Assembly (NCBI GenBank): GCA_048128005.1
Contig: JBEUKZ010000080.1
Coordinates: 310,001-374,000 of the forward strand
Source: Veleropilina oligotropha
Taxonomy: Eukaryota
Length of the DNA: 64,000 bases
Direction of reading: 5' to 3'
The notes beneath the pieces are model-generated. The model was not told the origin of the DNA and did no database searches. It saw only the letters and a list, made by a program, of their open reading frames with translations. Within the stretch, counting starts at the first letter, position 1. Every line of letters starts with the position of its first letter. The translations under genes were made by a program, and so were the position numbers. Positions 59,487 to 64,000 of this stretch are shown piece by piece.

Positions 59487-61215
59487 ATGGGCAATTCCTT
59501 AGAACAGCATCGGCTGTCGATAGGGTTACATAATAACAATATTTGTAGGTGTACATGTAATGTTGTGGATAATCGTGGGTTTATTGATATCATCTACATG
59601 AACCTTTACGTGCTATTATTTAAATTTCATATACTTTCATTAACATTACTAATGCCCGATGCAAATGTTCCCCTTATTATTTTGATTCTACTCATATTGG
59701 CCGGTGACGTACATAAAAATCCTGGCCCTTCTGGAGACAATAATCAATCATTTTTTTAACAATATCCATCAAAACGTACGCAGTATACGAAATAAGATAT
59801 CTAGTATATACGACATAAGTAATGATTATGATATTTTATGCTTTACTGAAACTCATTTAGACAACACTGTGTTAGATAGTTCTATTGATATACCACACTT
59901 CGACAATATACTAAGAAAAGATAGAAATAGATATGGTGGTGGCATTGCCATTTATATACAGCAAACAATTATTTATGAAAGGAGAAATGATCTTGAAACC
60001 AATAATCTGGAAATAATGTGGATAGAGTTAAATTTAAAATCGTACCATTTATTACTAGGATTATTGTATCGACCCCCAAATGCTCGTCATACATATTGGC
60101 CTCTTTTGGAGGACTGCCTATCGAAAGTAGTTGACGCAGCACTCCCGATCGTGTTACTTGGTGACTTAAATATTGATTTTGTGAACCCACCTTCTTCACA
60201 CTTATCAGATGTGCTCAGTATATACAATATGTGTAATATTCAAACCGAACCAACCAGAATAACCTCAACAACAACTACGCTATTAGATCCGGTGATTATA
60301 AATTCAGATCTAACTTACTTTGATGCAGGCATTCATGACATTAATTTCAGTGACCATAAAGGAACTTACATTACGTTGTATGCTGGATTTAAAAAAAAAT
60401 TATACTACAAAAGAACAGTGTGGCTTTACAAAAGAGGAGATTTCGTCCATTTCAACCAATTGATACGGGAATACAACTGGGAACATTTATTATCGAACAA
60501 TGTCTCACTTGACGAAGCAACAATAGTATTTACCCAAAAATTAATAGCTTTTGCCAAAGAGTGTATACCTTTGAAAAGAGTAATCATTAGAAGAAATGAC
60601 AAAATTTAGTATAATTCTGAGATTCGAAAATTATCAAGGACACGCAATCAACTTTACAAAAAAGCTCTCAAATCAAAATCTCTTGCACATTGGCAGCACT
60701 ACAAAACAGTTAGAAACCACGTAAACAATATAATTAAAAACCAGAAGGAAAAGTTCAATACTGATGTTAATGACCTACTTAATAGTTCAAAAAACGATCC
60801 AAAAACGTTTTGGAAAATAATTAATTCTTTGATAAAAGGGGATTCTCAAGAGGTAATTCCACCAATTAACAAAGGTACCATTTATGCTCATTCAGATCAA
60901 GAAAAAGCTGATTGTTTAAACACATTTTTGCATCCATATGACAAATGCAAATGGATACACCACTTCCTGATTTTGAATATAATTGCACTAACAGATTATG
61001 TTAGAAATAGAAGATACAATCGACTCTTTACAAACTAATAAAGCATCGGGTCCAGATTGTGTTGGACATAAGATAATAAAACCTTTAAGCAAATCAATTT
61101 CCTTCCCATTAGCAATCCTCTATAATAGGTCTCTTTATGAAAGTAAGTTCCCATCTTCATGGAAATTAGCCTATATTATATGTGTCGCCGTTATCTAAAC
61201 AAGGCGACAAATCAC
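59487..61215 (+). pseudogene. Decayed CR1-group LINE ORF (2A-like motif, APE, start of RT)
   Basis: LLILAGDVHKNPGP, frameshift in the T-run at ~59752, then HQNVRSIRNK, FTETHL, GGGIAIY, LGDLN and SDH. Stop at 60607, later KASGPD...FPSSWK. Truncated at ~61215. Confidence 0.85.
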
Positions 61216-63510
61216 TACACTGTAAATCCATGTGTTTAGGTTAGAACACAATAATAAACGCCAAAATGCAACAGTTTTTAAACACAATCAGGTGTTTATT
61301 TATAAACGTTCCAATTATATGAAGAATACACGATATGTTTAGGATATTAAATATTATGTTTACATAATTACACGTAATGTTTACCAAAGTTCAAGGAAAA
61401 TAAACGTATTATTGTGTTTACTAAAAAATGTTACGTTTATATGAATAAACGCTTTAACGTGTTTAGGGTGGTAAACATTATGTATATTTGTAAAACGTTA
61501 TGATTATCAGAGTAATCATTATGTTTATTCTTGTACACAGTTCGTTTAGGTATTGTAAACGGATTTTGATGTTTATATATAAACACAATAATGTGTTTAT
61601 ATAATAAACACAATAATGCAACAGTTTTTGAACACAATCAGGTGTTTATTACCTGAAAATAAACGCTTTGTTTAGTCTAGTAAAATTGTATGATTTATAT
61701 GCAACTAATAAAATTAATATCACAATAGGGATGGATGACTTCTAACATGATGCATGCAATTTGTCAGGCACAGTTCGTCAAAACAATACAAGATGTGAAT
61801 TAATATATGATGGCTGGATTGAACTTGACAACCATCACTGAAAAAGCATTGAAATATATAACGTCTTATCCATTCAGCTGCCACTTCTCTGAAATGAGAA
61901 ACAATTCAAATAAAGTCAATACAAATATCAATAATACACTATATTATTATATTGTTGTATTAATTCTGATATATTTGTATTAACCGTTGCAGTCTTATAT
62001 TAAAATATCAGATAAATAAAGACAAGTGAAATGTATTTAAAAAAATAATACTTTTATTATTTAAGCAGAATTAATTTTAACTAGTTTACAAATCTAAATT
62101 ATTCTATTTTGATTATGTATATTTGACAGATATAAACATTACTATACAGGGACCGCCCTAGAATTTTCGAATCAAGAGCCAATTGAATAGCCAAATTCAA
62201 TTATTAGGAGCCAATTTAATTTTTTTGTAGCCAATATAAATGTGATATCATTTAATACGTATAATATATAATGTGCGTTGCCAAATATTTAGCTATGACT
62301 AACAATGCTGATGTTTTATAGAATGATTCGGAGTAACAAACGACTCTCCTGAAATGCTGAGGAGAGCAATTGACTCACCAAATGAAGTGACGATGTGTGG
62401 GTGAAATGTGAAAAATGCATATGCCAATGCCCATTTTACACTGTCATTATGTCATTTACATTATATACCGATATGGGACATAGTAGTCTGGCTTGATTGA
62501 TGGTAATATGACTGAGAGTGGTGCAAAATTTTCACCACATCCAGTTTACTCTTAGAATATGTATGCAACCTTTTCCTCATTAAATTATCTAGCAACAAGA
62601 ACACCTTGATCACGTTGACATGTTCACTTTGTTTGATATTTTGATTGACGTTTAACAACCACGCCGACTATATTTTTCCGTCATAATCTGGTCTATAGTC
62701 ATAAAATGTTAAAAAAGACCAATTTCACCAATATAAGGTCATATAAAATGCTAGAATTAGAACTAAACAATATCAAATATAGATAAAATGGAAGGAAATT
62801 AAAAATAAATAAAATTATCTCAGAAAATTGTAAGTTGTAAATAAAAAATTCTGCAAAATAGTTCAATTTAAACAAAAAGCAAAATAACATTTATTTTATT
62901 ACTAGTGAAATGGAAATTTCACTTGTGATAGTGAAAATTTAATATTATTGCTCAGATATGCTTTTCTAAGTCTTATTTCGGAATCTACTTTCACCTTTCA
63001 AAATTAATGTAATGCTATTTCCTAATTTACTGAAGCCATCAAACTAAATTATCTCCCTTGCTACAGAAATTCAATGCGACTATGTGTATATATTAATTAA
63101 CCTTTTAATCTTTTTATAATTTAATATACAACTTACTTTAGTTAGTAAAACTGTTATTTTCTCGTGTTTAAGTATTCATTTCTTCGCGTAAATGCCACTA
63201 AAGAAGTAAATGATGTCGGTGCGGTAAGCGTGAAAGTCGCAAATTTTTTGTAATTTAAATCCGGAATATGTCGAAAATGACCGACGGTAAATACGACTGC
63301 AATTAGCAGTAAGCGAACAACGAATGCTTCCGAAATCGCGTCTCGTAATTGTACGGAAACATACAGAGTAAAATCGACACACTCGCTGCGAGAGCACTAA
63401 AATGTCGATAAAAAACAATGGCGGATTACATTTGACAACGGTCGCGGCGACGCAAAGATTAAGAGCTGTATTAAAGTATTTGAATTGAAACGAAAGACGA
63501 TTTTAAAGTA

Positions 63511-64000
63511 GTTTTTAAACCCAGCTTAAAAAAAAGCTGGGGTTATTGTCATCGCCCGAGGCGGGCGGTCGGGCGGGCGGGCGGGCGGACGGGCGGCTCA
63601 TGTTGTCCGGCCTATATCTCGGCTACCAAACATGTTACCTTGATTTCATATGGTATGCTAACTACCCTTATCATACGCTAGTGCATGGTGGCGAAATTTC
63701 ACGTGAATGACCTTTGACCTTGCGGCAATGACCTTGGACCCTTAAATTTTGTCCGGGCCGGTTCTCGGAGACCAAACATGTTAGCCTTCTAATTTTTTTT
63801 TAGATGTGTTGCCTATACTTAAAACCTGTGCATGGCAGTAAAATTTTGATCATTTGACCTTTGACCTCTGCGTAGTGACCTTCACAAATTTTCTATATTT
63901 AGATTTTTTTCGTATTTTTTTAATTTTTCGGGGCCAAACTATTCCTTTAGGGTTAGTACATCATATAACAAATACGAAAAATGGCCTTTGGTCAAAGGTC
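63511..64000 (-). mobile_element. Helentron/DINE-1/pearl-like element (partial, reverse orientation)
   Basis: Terminal hairpin aaacccagct...agctggggtt, (ggcg)n microsatellite and tgacctttgacc-rich repeats. Confidence 0.6.

Noticed and set aside
61218..61680. CACTG-starting element with aaacac/gtgttt repeats interrupting the LINE
   Set aside because: Probably a non-autonomous DNA transposon, but the matching right terminus could not be identified.

Overview
Repeat-dense, AT-rich animal genomic DNA, probably from a marine invertebrate (lineage is inferred from the repeat types). No clear host protein-coding gene is visible. At 0-12.2 kb is a nested stack: an intron-containing pogo-type transposase gene interrupted by a complete DIRS1-like tyrosine-recombinase retrotransposon (319-7776, with ITRs and ICR) and, 57 bp downstream, by a 5'-truncated LINE. 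At 13-50 kb are minisatellite/satellite arrays (47/55, 55/57, 31, 20, 27 bp units), SINEs, MITEs, Helentron/DINE-1-like elements, a piggyBac-type shell and an intact L2 LINE ORF. At ~52.3-59.2 kb is the most notable feature: a GC-rich, tightly packed endogenous Polinton/adintovirus-like virion module. It encodes a probable major capsid protein fused in frame to a packaging ATPase, a penton-like protein, a GasderminX-like protein, two further membrane proteins and a secreted cystine-knot-like protein. No polymerase, integrase or protease is seen in the window, and several genes carry inactivating lesions. A decayed CR1-group LINE follows. Family assignments come from motif recognition only; no database search was run.
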